DNA from: an uncultured Candidatus Saccharibacteria bacterium
Lineage (GTDB): Bacteria; Patescibacteriota; CALEFQ01
DNA: 64,000 nt
Assembly (NCBI GenBank): GCA_965230955.1
Contig: OZ246404.1
Coordinates: forward strand, 500,995 to 564,994
Direction: 5' to 3'
Shown: positions 40,103 through 48,997 of the stretch, one piece after another
How positions within the stretch are numbered: position 1 is the first letter of the stretch
Layout of the letters: every line of letters starts with the position of its first letter
Notes under the pieces: model-generated
What the model saw: the letters and a program-made list of their open reading frames with translations, nothing else
Databases searched by the model: none
What the model was told of the DNA's origin: nothing
Translations under genes and position numbers: made by a program

Positions 40103-40501
40103 CTAGGAATGGCGTACCAAAACCGTGAACCGTACCAATCCGGACAAATCACCTTCCGGTATAAATTGCCTTAAGGCCTTGGCGACCAAATAAGCTTTCT
40201 GCAGGCAAAAAAGAAGGTGCTGAATTTCAAGATGCATAGCATGTACGATCAAGGTTCCGGAAACCGGCAAATCGCCGACATAAACTACGGGAATATTGCG
40301 ACCCAGGTAGTAGGCAATGACATCAAGACTGTCGGTCAACGCCACATCCTCATCTTCTTCCAGATCGGTGATACCCCAGGGGGCAATGGAAAGTTGATCG
40401 GGCCACAATTTCTGGTTGTTGATTTGGCGAAAAATAGTGTTTCCCTTCCGGCGATCTTTAAAATAAACATAGACACCAACCGGTTTCCGCTGATTATTCA
40501 T
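40103..40501 (-). CDS. Hypothetical protein (ORFan, 132 aa)
   Basis: ATG 40501 preceded by AAGGAGGT SD; TTGACA at 40569-40564; terminator downstream. Confidence 0.6.
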   Translation of the reverse strand: MNNQRKPVGVYVYFKDRRKGNTIFRQINNQKLWPDQLSIAPWGITDLEEDEDVALTDSLDVIAYYLGRNIPVVYVGDLPVSGTLIVHAMHLEIQHLLFCLQKAYLVAKALRQFIPEGDLSGLVRFTVLVRHS

Positions 40502-40565
40502 TTTTACCTCCTTGAAAATTTCGCATGATTGCGAACGGTGTATGTTACAACACTCAAACCATATG

Positions 40566-42047
40566 TCAATTTCCAGACTGAACACGATCGGGTTTTTTCG
40601 TCCGAACAAACAATAGTTTAAACTTTGACCATTCACTGCGTTTTAGAAATCCCAAGGAATAAAGGACGACCAGGAATAAGGCCAATAACCCACACTTAAT
40701 CAAAACGGAAAGCCAAATATTTCCCACGCCGATAAATAAACTCAAGCTGTAAATCAACGCTGCCAGTCCGAAAATCGCCCACATTTTTTTCCACTCGTAC
40801 TTGATTGGGTAAAATTTCTGCGCCATCAGGTAGGTCAAGACGCAGACAAAAATATAGCAAGCGAAAGTCGTGACGGCCGCACCAAGCATGCCATAAACAG
40901 GCACGATAAAATAATTGAGCACCAAATTAGCAATGGCCGGAACGACAATCAGCCACGGATAGTATTTTGTATTATTGGTGATATGAATTCCCGGCGCCAG
41001 GACAAAATGCATGCCGTAAAAGACATAAGAAATCGCCACCAACATTACCACTTGCGCCGCGCCCCAATAAGCCGGATCGGCGATCAGCTTGACGCCTTCC
41101 GGCGCCAGCACCCCGAGAATCAACGCGACAAAAGTTCCGATCAAGACAAAATAAGTTAAAACTTTGCTATATATTTGCTGGGCGTCATTGCGCTTGGATA
41201 CATCAAAATACATAGTCGGCCAAGCCAACTGGAAAGGAGCCACAATCAAAACATCGACGATCATACCGATTTTGTAGCCCAGGGCGTAAATTCCCACTTC
41301 GGTCGGATCGCGAAAGATTTCGATGAAATATCGATCGGATAAATCCATTACCCAAACCGCAATGGAAGCCGGAATAATCGCCATGCCAAAGCCCCACAGT
41401 TTCCTCAAGTAAAAGCGAGAAAAACTCCAACTGGCGGCCTTGATGACGTCCGGAATCAGCGAAAGAGCGACTAAAGCAAAAGAAATTAAATTGGCCCAGA
41501 GAATCCCGGCGGCGTCGAGCTTGAGCCCCATGATAAAATAAAAGTTCAGGCCCAGTACGATACCGAAACGAAGCAAGAAAAGAACGGTATATTTTTTGGA
41601 ACGTTCTTCCACCCGGAGAAGGGCGAAAGCCATATTCATGAAAATGGTGAAGAACGTGGTGGAAAGCAAAATTTGAAACAGAGAAGCGAATTGGGCATCA
41701 CCCAGCAACCAGCGGCTCAATTGCGGCGCGATCAAGAGCAAGACCGCGAGGATCGCAAAAGCAATCGGGATGACAAAAATAAACATCGTGCCCACCAGTT
41801 TTTTTCGTTCTTCCGTGTTATGTGCATCCCGGAAATATGTTTTCATCAAGGCCGAGCTGAAACCAAAGGTGATCAGCATCAGGATGATCGAGCCAAAAGT
41901 ATTGACGATCTCCAGGCGGCCATAACTGGCCGGCACCAAGTAATTGGTATAAAGGGGGATCAATAAAAAAGCTACGGCGCTTTGCGCGACGGAGCCGATA
42001 GCATAAATAGCGGAATGCTTAAAGAGGCGTTTAAATTGGGAGAACAT
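40566..42047 (-). CDS. Wzx-type oligosaccharide flippase
   Basis: KHSAIYAIG, LIPLYT, SDRYF, VGIYALG, VPVYGMLGAAVTT. Confidence 0.9.
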   Translation of the reverse strand: MFSQFKRLFKHSAIYAIGSVAQSAVAFLLIPLYTNYLVPASYGRLEIVNTFGSIILMLITFGFSSALMKTYFRDAHNTEERKKLVGTMFIFVIPIAFAILAVLLLIAPQLSRWLLGDAQFASLFQILLSTTFFTIFMNMAFALLRVEERSKKYTVLFLLRFGIVLGLNFYFIMGLKLDAAGILWANLISFALVALSLIPDVIKAASWSFSRFYLRKLWGFGMAIIPASIAVWVMDLSDRYFIEIFRDPTEVGIYALGYKIGMIVDVLIVAPFQLAWPTMYFDVSKRNDAQQIYSKVLTYFVLIGTFVALILGVLAPEGVKLIADPAYWGAAQVVMLVAISYVFYGMHFVLAPGIHITNNTKYYPWLIVVPAIANLVLNYFIVPVYGMLGAAVTTFACYIFVCVLTYLMAQKFYPIKYEWKKMWAIFGLAALIYSLSLFIGVGNIWLSVLIKCGLLALFLVVLYSLGFLKRSEWSKFKLLFVRTKKPDRVQSGN

Positions 42048-42075
42048 GAATATTTAAAAGCAAAAGCTAAAAATT

Positions 42076-42148
42076 TAAAAGAAATTTAAAGGCAAAAATT
42101 TAAATATTGTTAACAATGCTTTAAATTTTGAGCTTTAAATTTCTTTTA
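42076..42148. repeat. 73-bp AT-rich imperfect palindrome between divergent genes
   Basis: Perfect 16-bp outer arms TAAAAGAAATTTAAAG/CTTTAAATTTCTTTTA, inner AAAATTTAAA/TTTAAATTTT, centre ATTGTTAACAAT. Confidence 0.75.
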
Positions 42149-42198
42149 TGCTTCCAACTTTAAGCTTTTCTCCTTTTCTGAGTATACCTCCAAACCGC

Positions 42199-42227
42199 TT
42201 GAAAATCCAGCCTTTTTCTGTTATTCT
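42199..42227 (+). promoter_or_regulatory. Promoter candidate
   Basis: TTGAAA-17 bp-TATTCT with TGn extended -10. Confidence 0.5.
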
Positions 42228-42239
42228 ACTAATCGTATT

Positions 42240-43388
42240 ATGCGAAAGACCTTGCTGGTTACCAGCCAATTTCCGCCCGCCTTTGGCGGGGTGGAAACAC
42301 ATCTTTATAATTTCGCCAAGCGGCTCAATCCGGCGAAATTATTGGTATTGGCCTCTGAGCAAGAAAATGCCGGCAATTTTGATAAAAAGCAAAATTACCA
42401 AACCATTCGGGCTGAATTTCTGTATCCCTCCAAATGGATCTGGCCACAGTGGCTGCCCTTGCTGAAAAAGATCAAACAGCTGGTTAAGCAAGAAAAAATC
42501 GAGCATATCCTAGCGGGACAGGTCTTGCCAGTCGGCACCGCCGCCATGATTGCCGCCCAAACCTTTGATATCAGTTATTCCGTTTATACCTATGCCTTGG
42601 ATATCGAACTGCCGAAACAAAATCCTCGTCATCGCCATACCCTGAAAAAGGTTCTGGGCAACGCTTCCAGGATTTTCACGATCAGCGAAGACACGAAGCG
42701 TCGAATCAGGGAATTAGATATTCCCGAGAAAAAAATCATCAAAATCACTCCCGGACTAGACTTGGCGGAATTTTTGCCGCCAGCCAGCCGTTTGGCCGAG
42801 CAAACAGAACAATTGCGCCAACGCTATAATTTAGCGGGCAAAAAAGTGATCCTGACTATCGGGCGCCTGGTCGCTCGTAAAGGACAGGATACGGTCATTC
42901 AAGCTCTGCCGGCTATTCTGAAAGAGGAACCCCTGGCGCATTACGTGATTGCCGGCGGGGGCGAATTCGAATCCCGGCTCAAGAAATTGGTGCGGCAATT
43001 AAACCTGTCCGACCACGTTACTTTTACCGGGAAGTTTAGAGACGAGGAAAAAGCGGCCTGGTATAATTTGTGTGATATTTTCGCCATGATCAGTCGGGTA
43101 GAGCAAAAAACCGATATCGAGGGTTTCGGTATAGTTTATTTGGAAGCCAATGCGCTCGGCAAACCGGTCGTAGCGGGACGTAGCGGCGGGGTAGAAGACG
43201 CGGTGATTGGCAATCAAACCGGACTTTTGGTTCAGGATCCGACCAACATCCATGAAACAGCCCGATCAATCCTAAACGTCTTGCACGATCCCGAACTGGC
43301 TTCCCGCTTGGGACTCAACGGCAAAAAACGCGTTTCCGCCGATTTTGACTGGAACAATTTAGCTAAACGACTGGAATCATATCTTTAA
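42240..43388 (+). CDS. Glycosyltransferase family 4 (PimB-like)
   Basis: FPPAFGGVE, IGRLVARKGQD, EGFGIVYLEANA. Confidence 0.92.
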   Translation: MRKTLLVTSQFPPAFGGVETHLYNFAKRLNPAKLLVLASEQENAGNFDKKQNYQTIRAEFLYPSKWIWPQWLPLLKKIKQLVKQEKIEHILAGQVLPVGTAAMIAAQTFDISYSVYTYALDIELPKQNPRHRHTLKKVLGNASRIFTISEDTKRRIRELDIPEKKIIKITPGLDLAEFLPPASRLAEQTEQLRQRYNLAGKKVILTIGRLVARKGQDTVIQALPAILKEEPLAHYVIAGGGEFESRLKKLVRQLNLSDHVTFTGKFRDEEKAAWYNLCDIFAMISRVEQKTDIEGFGIVYLEANALGKPVVAGRSGGVEDAVIGNQTGLLVQDPTNIHETARSILNVLHDPELASRLGLNGKKRVSADFDWNNLAKRLESYL

Positions 43389-43418
43389 TTTAAGCTGCAA
43401 AAGTTAAGGAAAGGATTA

Positions 43419-44639
43419 ATGATAATGCGCGATCTGATAATTTTCAACATGAGCCACTGGAAAACATGGCAACAATACGTCGGCCAAACCCGAAGGCCTT
43501 TGATTTTCCAGCAAACCGGATTAGTCAATCGTAATTACCATATTTTGCACCAGCTTCTGAAACGACCCGACATCCGCCGGGTGCTAATTGTCGATCTGAT
43601 TCCATTTACCGCCAAGCGGACTCTTCGGGTCTGGTGGGAAAGCATTTTAGGAGATGTCCCCGGGAAAAATGTCACTCCGCATTATTTTGTTCACGGCGGC
43701 CGCTCCAAAGTTACCGAAATTGCTCCCGGGCGATATGTTTACTCCACTTCACGTAACTTAATTCAAGCCGGCGAAGCGGAGGCTGTCTGGACTGAAATTT
43801 CCAGCATTATCAAGACCGCTCAATTTGAAAATTTATTGCTCTGGTCCTATTTCCCTATGTACGCCAAACCTTTCCAGGAATTAACCGGTCTGAAGGTATT
43901 TGACGCGGTCGACGACTGGCGGGAACATCCTTATTGCCGAGCCTGGAAAACAATGTTGGACAAAAATTACCGCCTGATCGATGAAAAGGCCGGGGCGATT
44001 TTCACGGTTTCACCCCAGGTCAAGAAAATATTTGGTACTAATCCAAACGTCAGCTGGCAACCTAACGGCATCGATTATAATCATTTCCAAAAAATCGGCC
44101 ATAATCTGAAAACTCGACTGGCTAAAATCAAACATCCCGTCATCGGCTATCTGGGCATCATTGAAAGCCGTCTTGATTTCGATCTGCTCGAAAAAATACT
44201 GCAACATTTCCCCTCGGCTTCTTTGGTTCTGGCCGGGCCGGTCTGGGACAAAACGGCGATTCGGCGCTTCAAAAAGTATGCCAATCTGCACCTATTGGGT
44301 CCGATCGCTTACCATGATTTGCCGGAGCTTTACCATTCTTTTGATATTGCCATCATTCCTCATAGAATTACCGCTTTCACCAAATCGATGAACCCGTTGA
44401 AAATGTACGAGTACCTGGCTTGCGGCCTGCCGGTGATAACCACGCCGGTGGCGGGCACCGAGCAGTTTCCCGGCCTGGTCAAACAGGCGCAGAGCCACGG
44501 CGAATTTTTAGACGCGATAAAGTTTTATCTGGATCACCCGTTATCGTTGACCGAACAAAACCGCCGACGCGCCGCGGTCCGGTCCTACACCTGGGAAAAC
44601 AGAGTTGAAGAAATGTTTAAGCACTTGCCCCATGACTAA
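43419..44639 (+). CDS. GT-B glycosyltransferase (TuaH-like, Glyco_trans_1_4)
   Basis: FDAVDDW, PNGIDY, NPLKMYEYLACGLPVI. Confidence 0.85.
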   Translation: MIMRDLIIFNMSHWKTWQQYVGQTRRPLIFQQTGLVNRNYHILHQLLKRPDIRRVLIVDLIPFTAKRTLRVWWESILGDVPGKNVTPHYFVHGGRSKVTEIAPGRYVYSTSRNLIQAGEAEAVWTEISSIIKTAQFENLLLWSYFPMYAKPFQELTGLKVFDAVDDWREHPYCRAWKTMLDKNYRLIDEKAGAIFTVSPQVKKIFGTNPNVSWQPNGIDYNHFQKIGHNLKTRLAKIKHPVIGYLGIIESRLDFDLLEKILQHFPSASLVLAGPVWDKTAIRRFKKYANLHLLGPIAYHDLPELYHSFDIAIIPHRITAFTKSMNPLKMYEYLACGLPVITTPVAGTEQFPGLVKQAQSHGEFLDAIKFYLDHPLSLTEQNRRRAAVRSYTWENRVEEMFKHLPHD

Positions 44640-45501
44640 ACTTTCCATAATAATTGTTTCCTGGAATGTCAGAGAACTGCTGAAAAAATGCCTGACTTCC
44701 ATTTATGACCAAACGAAAATTTCTTTCGAGATTTTTGTAATCGATAATGCTTCGAATGACGGCAGCGCCGATATGGTCGAAAAGTATTTTCCTGCCGTGC
44801 ACTTGATTCGAAATCAGCGCAATAAAGGGTTTGCCAAGGCCAATAATCAAGGGGTCAAATTGGCCCGGGGCGAATATGTAATTTTTCTCAACGATGATAC
44901 CGAAATAAAAGACGGCGCGCTGGACAAAATGGTGGATTTCTTGGACCATCGGCGCGATGTCGGAATTGTCGGCGCCCGGCTGCTGAATGCCGACGGGACT
45001 TTACAGCAGGGGACAGCTCGGAAATTTCCGACATTCAGAGTCTTGGCCACGATGCTTTTGGGCTGGCATTCTTTTTTGCTCAAAAAACCCTGGCTGCGCC
45101 GTTATTACCTACTGGGTGAAACATTTACGGCCGACACCGAGGTGGATCAGGTAATGGGCGCTTCGCTGATGACCAGGCGCGATTTACTCGGAAAATTAGG
45201 ATCATTTTGTGAAGAATTTTGGATCTGGTTTGAAGAAGTCGATTTATGCCAGAGATTCCACGAGGCCGGGCACAAGATAGCCGTCGTCGGTTCCGCGGAA
45301 ATCATACATCATCAGGGGAAAAGTTTTGTACAGGTTCTAAAAATGAAAAAGTTTTTTCAGCTTTCCCGCAGTCTGCTTATTTACAGCCGTAAACATCTCT
45401 TGCCTTATCAGTCTGTTTTTTTAATTTTGCTTTGGCCGCTGGGATTTCTCGATGCCGGAATTATTCAGCTCCTGGGACTAAAGCCTAAAAAACTCGTATG
45501 A
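44632..45501 (+). CDS. GT2 (WbbL-like)
   Basis: LSIIIVSWN, NKGFAKANN, FLNDDT, WFEEVDLC. Confidence 0.9.
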   Translation: MTKLSIIIVSWNVRELLKKCLTSIYDQTKISFEIFVIDNASNDGSADMVEKYFPAVHLIRNQRNKGFAKANNQGVKLARGEYVIFLNDDTEIKDGALDKMVDFLDHRRDVGIVGARLLNADGTLQQGTARKFPTFRVLATMLLGWHSFLLKKPWLRRYYLLGETFTADTEVDQVMGASLMTRRDLLGKLGSFCEEFWIWFEEVDLCQRFHEAGHKIAVVGSAEIIHHQGKSFVQVLKMKKFFQLSRSLLIYSRKHLLPYQSVFLILLWPLGFLDAGIIQLLGLKPKKLV

Positions 45502-47072
45502 CTTTATTTTCGAAGCTAACTTGGTGGCTGGCGGCGGCCGGATTGATCATTTACGGTCTGTCGTTTGTCGGTTATATCTTTCCACTGATAAACCTGATCT
45601 TGTTTTTCGCGGTCATAATCGCGGTCTTGAATCTGACACTGAAAAAGCTCGAGTACGGCGTTTTGATTATATTATTTGAATTAATCCTGGGACATAAGGG
45701 CTATCTTTTTTCATTGGATATCGGCGGAAATTTCGTACTGTCGTTGCGACTGGCTATTTTCCTGATTGTCATGGTTGTTTGGCTGATCGGTGTCATTCGC
45801 CGAAAACAAATGGCTCTGGCGAAAACTCCTTATTTTTTACCATTGATTGCCTTTGCCGCCATCATCGTCGGCGGTGTCATTATCGGCTATCTCAATGGCC
45901 ACGACTGGAGCGCCAGTTTCTTTGACTGGAACGGATATCTCTATCTGGCCCTGGCTTTCCCTCTTTTTGAAGTCATTAATAAGGCGGATTTTACCAGAAA
46001 ACTACTGTCGGTTTTTGTCGGTGGCATTATCGCCATGAGCTTGTTGTCGCTACTGCTCTTCGGCGATTTCTTTTTTACCAAGCAATGGGCTCGGCCGGAT
46101 CTGACCTCGTCCATCGCCACCGAGAGCGCTACGGCTGAAGAAGCCGCCGCCGGCCAATACGCTTTTAGCGGAATAACCAATCGTCTTTACGACGAATCGG
46201 GGAAGCCGGTTGAATATCGCTGGCAAAAAGACTTGGGGCTCGGAATGATCTCTTACGTCGGCGGCCGGTTTTTCCGTGTTTCTTCCGCGGGGCAAACCTG
46301 GACACTGGCCGGATTTTTGTTGGCTCTATATCTTTTATTGCGACGCCCATGGCGCGCCCCGGAAACCAAAGCAATGATCGGATTCCTTGTTCTCTGCGGC
46401 TTGGCTTTGGCGGTGAGTTTTTCGCGCAGCTTATGGATCGGAATCGGAGGAGGATTGTTGGTGATGCTCTTTTTGCTCCCTCGGAAGAAAACTCTGATCC
46501 TGGTGGCCGGACTGATCGGCTTGATCCTGCTCGGCACCGCCGGAGTATTCTTGTTTGATCCGGGCACTTTTCAGACAATTGGCGATCGGCTCTCTAGTAT
46601 TATTAATCCATCGCAAGAATTAGCCGGACAAAATCGGCTGAATCTACTGGAGCCGATTATGGTCAAAATAAAAAACAAACCCCTCAGCGGTCACGGTTTC
46701 GGAACGCCGATTGTCTACGAAAGCGTTGTGCCGGAAAAGCAGGGATATATAAAAGTTTTTATGTATGAATGGGGCTACCTTGATCAACTGGTAAAATACG
46801 GGTTGCTTGGTCTTGGTGTTTTCACCTGGTTGCTGGTTTCGATTTTCCGGACGGCGAAAAAAGCGGTAAAAAATCTGGCTCGACCCGAGCAAGCCGATGA
46901 AAAATACATCATTATCGGATTGATAATCGGAGTCGTGGGATTGCTATGCACTCATATCACCAGTCCCTACCTCAATCATCCCTTAGGGATCGGTTTGATT
47001 TTGATTACGGCGGCCCTCGCTTTTCGATATACTAACGGTATCTCGCATGAACCAACCGTCGCCCCAAATTAG
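45498..47072 (+). CDS. O-antigen ligase/Wzy_C-like membrane protein
   Basis: About 12 TM, SFSRSLWIG, KPLSGHGFG, YLDQLVKYGLLG. Confidence 0.75.
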   Translation: MTLFSKLTWWLAAAGLIIYGLSFVGYIFPLINLILFFAVIIAVLNLTLKKLEYGVLIILFELILGHKGYLFSLDIGGNFVLSLRLAIFLIVMVVWLIGVIRRKQMALAKTPYFLPLIAFAAIIVGGVIIGYLNGHDWSASFFDWNGYLYLALAFPLFEVINKADFTRKLLSVFVGGIIAMSLLSLLLFGDFFFTKQWARPDLTSSIATESATAEEAAAGQYAFSGITNRLYDESGKPVEYRWQKDLGLGMISYVGGRFFRVSSAGQTWTLAGFLLALYLLLRRPWRAPETKAMIGFLVLCGLALAVSFSRSLWIGIGGGLLVMLFLLPRKKTLILVAGLIGLILLGTAGVFLFDPGTFQTIGDRLSSIINPSQELAGQNRLNLLEPIMVKIKNKPLSGHGFGTPIVYESVVPEKQGYIKVFMYEWGYLDQLVKYGLLGLGVFTWLLVSIFRTAKKAVKNLARPEQADEKYIIIGLIIGVVGLLCTHITSPYLNHPLGIGLILITAALAFRYTNGISHEPTVAPN

Positions 47073-48072
47073 TATCGGACTGGTTGTTTGGAACGGCCTA
47101 AAATATCTCCCGGCCTGCCTGGCCAGCGTACTTGCCCAAAAACAAGTGAGTTTTGAAATTATCGCCATCGACAACGCCTCGAATGACGGCAGCCGAGAAT
47201 ACATCACTAAGAATTTCCCGGGAATAAAATTAGTCAAAAACACTTCCAATCGCGGATTTACCGGGGGACACAATCAAGCTATTTCGCTTAGTCGGGGCAA
47301 ATATTATTTGGCTCTAAACCAGGATACTATTCTGGAACCTAATTATTTAGCTAATTTAGCCCAATACCTTTCGAATAACCCTAAAGTCGGAGCGGTTCAA
47401 GGCAAACTGAAAAGGTTGACAAATGGGGATAAATCTAATAAAATCGACAGTCTGGGATTGCTTTTACACCGAAGCGGCCAAGTTACCGATTGGGGTGAAA
47501 TCGAAGAAGATCGCGGCCAATATAGCGCACCGTTTGAGGTATTTGGAGTGTCGGGCACTATGCCGCTGTACCGAAAAGAGGCACTGGAAGACACCGCTCA
47601 AATTGATGCCAATGGCCAAAAAGAATATTTTGACTCGGATTTCTTCGCTTACAAAGAGGATATAGATCTGGCTTTTCGCTTGCGTTGGCACGGTTGGATT
47701 GCCGCTTGTGTTCCGTCCGCGGTGGCCTACCATAATCGTTCAGTCAGGGGAGAGGGGACAGTCGAGCAGGGAAACTTAGCCATTGCCAAACAGCGCCAGG
47801 AAAAATCGAAATTCAGCCGCCAGCGGTCATTTTCCAATCATCATTTCGTTTACCTAAAAAATCTGCCTTGTTCAATATATTTTCGGATCTGGCCATTCTT
47901 TTCCTGGTATGAAATCAAAATGTGGGGATATGCTTTGATCAGAGAGCCGTTCGTAATCCCCGATATGCTCAAAGTTTTTCGACTCGGCCCGCGGATGCTA
48001 AAAAAACGCCGCCGCATCATGTCACGGCGCTCAATCAAGCCCCGGGCGCTATATCGATGGTTTATTAAATAG
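47047..48072 (+). CDS. GT2 (WbbL-like)
   Basis: IDNASNDGS, NRGFTGGHN, LNQDT, FFAYKEDIDL. Confidence 0.9.
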   Translation: MNQPSPQISIGLVVWNGLKYLPACLASVLAQKQVSFEIIAIDNASNDGSREYITKNFPGIKLVKNTSNRGFTGGHNQAISLSRGKYYLALNQDTILEPNYLANLAQYLSNNPKVGAVQGKLKRLTNGDKSNKIDSLGLLLHRSGQVTDWGEIEEDRGQYSAPFEVFGVSGTMPLYRKEALEDTAQIDANGQKEYFDSDFFAYKEDIDLAFRLRWHGWIAACVPSAVAYHNRSVRGEGTVEQGNLAIAKQRQEKSKFSRQRSFSNHHFVYLKNLPCSIYFRIWPFFSWYEIKMWGYALIREPFVIPDMLKVFRLGPRMLKKRRRIMSRRSIKPRALYRWFIK

Positions 48073-48127
48073 TTTCGCATTTTCGTCCTAGGTCTCACGG
48101 TATTAAATTTGCGATCTAGCCGGCCTC

Positions 48128-48152
48128 AGACCAAAGACTAAAAACTAAAGAC
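48128..48152 (+). repeat. GACYAAA heptamer array, 23/25 identical to the reverse complement of 39930-39954
   Basis: AGACCAAAGACTAAAAACTAAAGAC versus AGACCAAAGACTATAGACTAAAGAC. Confidence 0.75.
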
Positions 48153-48157
48153 TCTTT

Positions 48158-48997
48158 ATGGATCTTTCTCTCGTCATCGTCCACTACAAAGCTCCGGATC
48201 TGCTGGAGCAATGTATAAAATCAATTACCGCCAAATATCCTGATTTGCGCGGCCATTTTGTGATTGTGGATAATTCTCCGAACCAAAAGACATCCAAGCA
48301 AATAAAAGCCACTTTCCCACACGAGCGCTATATCCCATCGCGCCAAAATGTCGGATTCGCTAAGGCGATCAACTGGGGAATATACAATTCTCAATCAAAA
48401 TATATCCTGATACTAAACCAGGACATTATCATGCGAGATGACGCCGTTCAGAAAATGTACAACTACCTGGAAGCTCACGCCGATGCCGCTTTGTGCGCGC
48501 CGAAACTGATTTATACCGACGGATCCGTCCAGCCCAGCTGCTGCCGTTTCTATACGCCGGGAGTAATTCTTTATCGCCGCACCTGGTTCGGGAAATTGCC
48601 CTTTGCCAAAAAATCAACCGCGTCTTTTACCATGGCCGATTATGACCATATGTCAACCAAAGAAGTTGATTGGGTGACCGGCGCCGCCATGATGATCAGG
48701 CGTTCCGCCATTGAAAAAGTCGGGCCGATGGACGAAAGATTTTTCTTCTACTTTGAAGATGTAGATTGGTGCCGACGTTTTTGGGAAAACGGCTGGCGGG
48801 TTATTTACCTGCCGGAGGCTCAAATGACCCACTACCACAGCCGCGAGAGCGCGGAAAAAACCGGATTTTGGTCGCTCACCAAAAAAATGACTCGCATTCA
48901 TATCAAAAGTGGTGTAAAATATTTCATGAAGTACCGCAAACATAAAACAGCCCCGCGGGAAGTTTTTAATAAAACCAAACTGAAAAACCATGCCTGA
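48158..48997 (+). CDS. GT2 (WbbL-like rhamnosyltransferase family)
   Basis: NVGFAKAIN, LNQDI, DWVTGAAMM, FFYFEDVDWC. Confidence 0.9.
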   Translation: MDLSLVIVHYKAPDLLEQCIKSITAKYPDLRGHFVIVDNSPNQKTSKQIKATFPHERYIPSRQNVGFAKAINWGIYNSQSKYILILNQDIIMRDDAVQKMYNYLEAHADAALCAPKLIYTDGSVQPSCCRFYTPGVILYRRTWFGKLPFAKKSTASFTMADYDHMSTKEVDWVTGAAMMIRRSAIEKVGPMDERFFFYFEDVDWCRRFWENGWRVIYLPEAQMTHYHSRESAEKTGFWSLTKKMTRIHIKSGVKYFMKYRKHKTAPREVFNKTKLKNHA

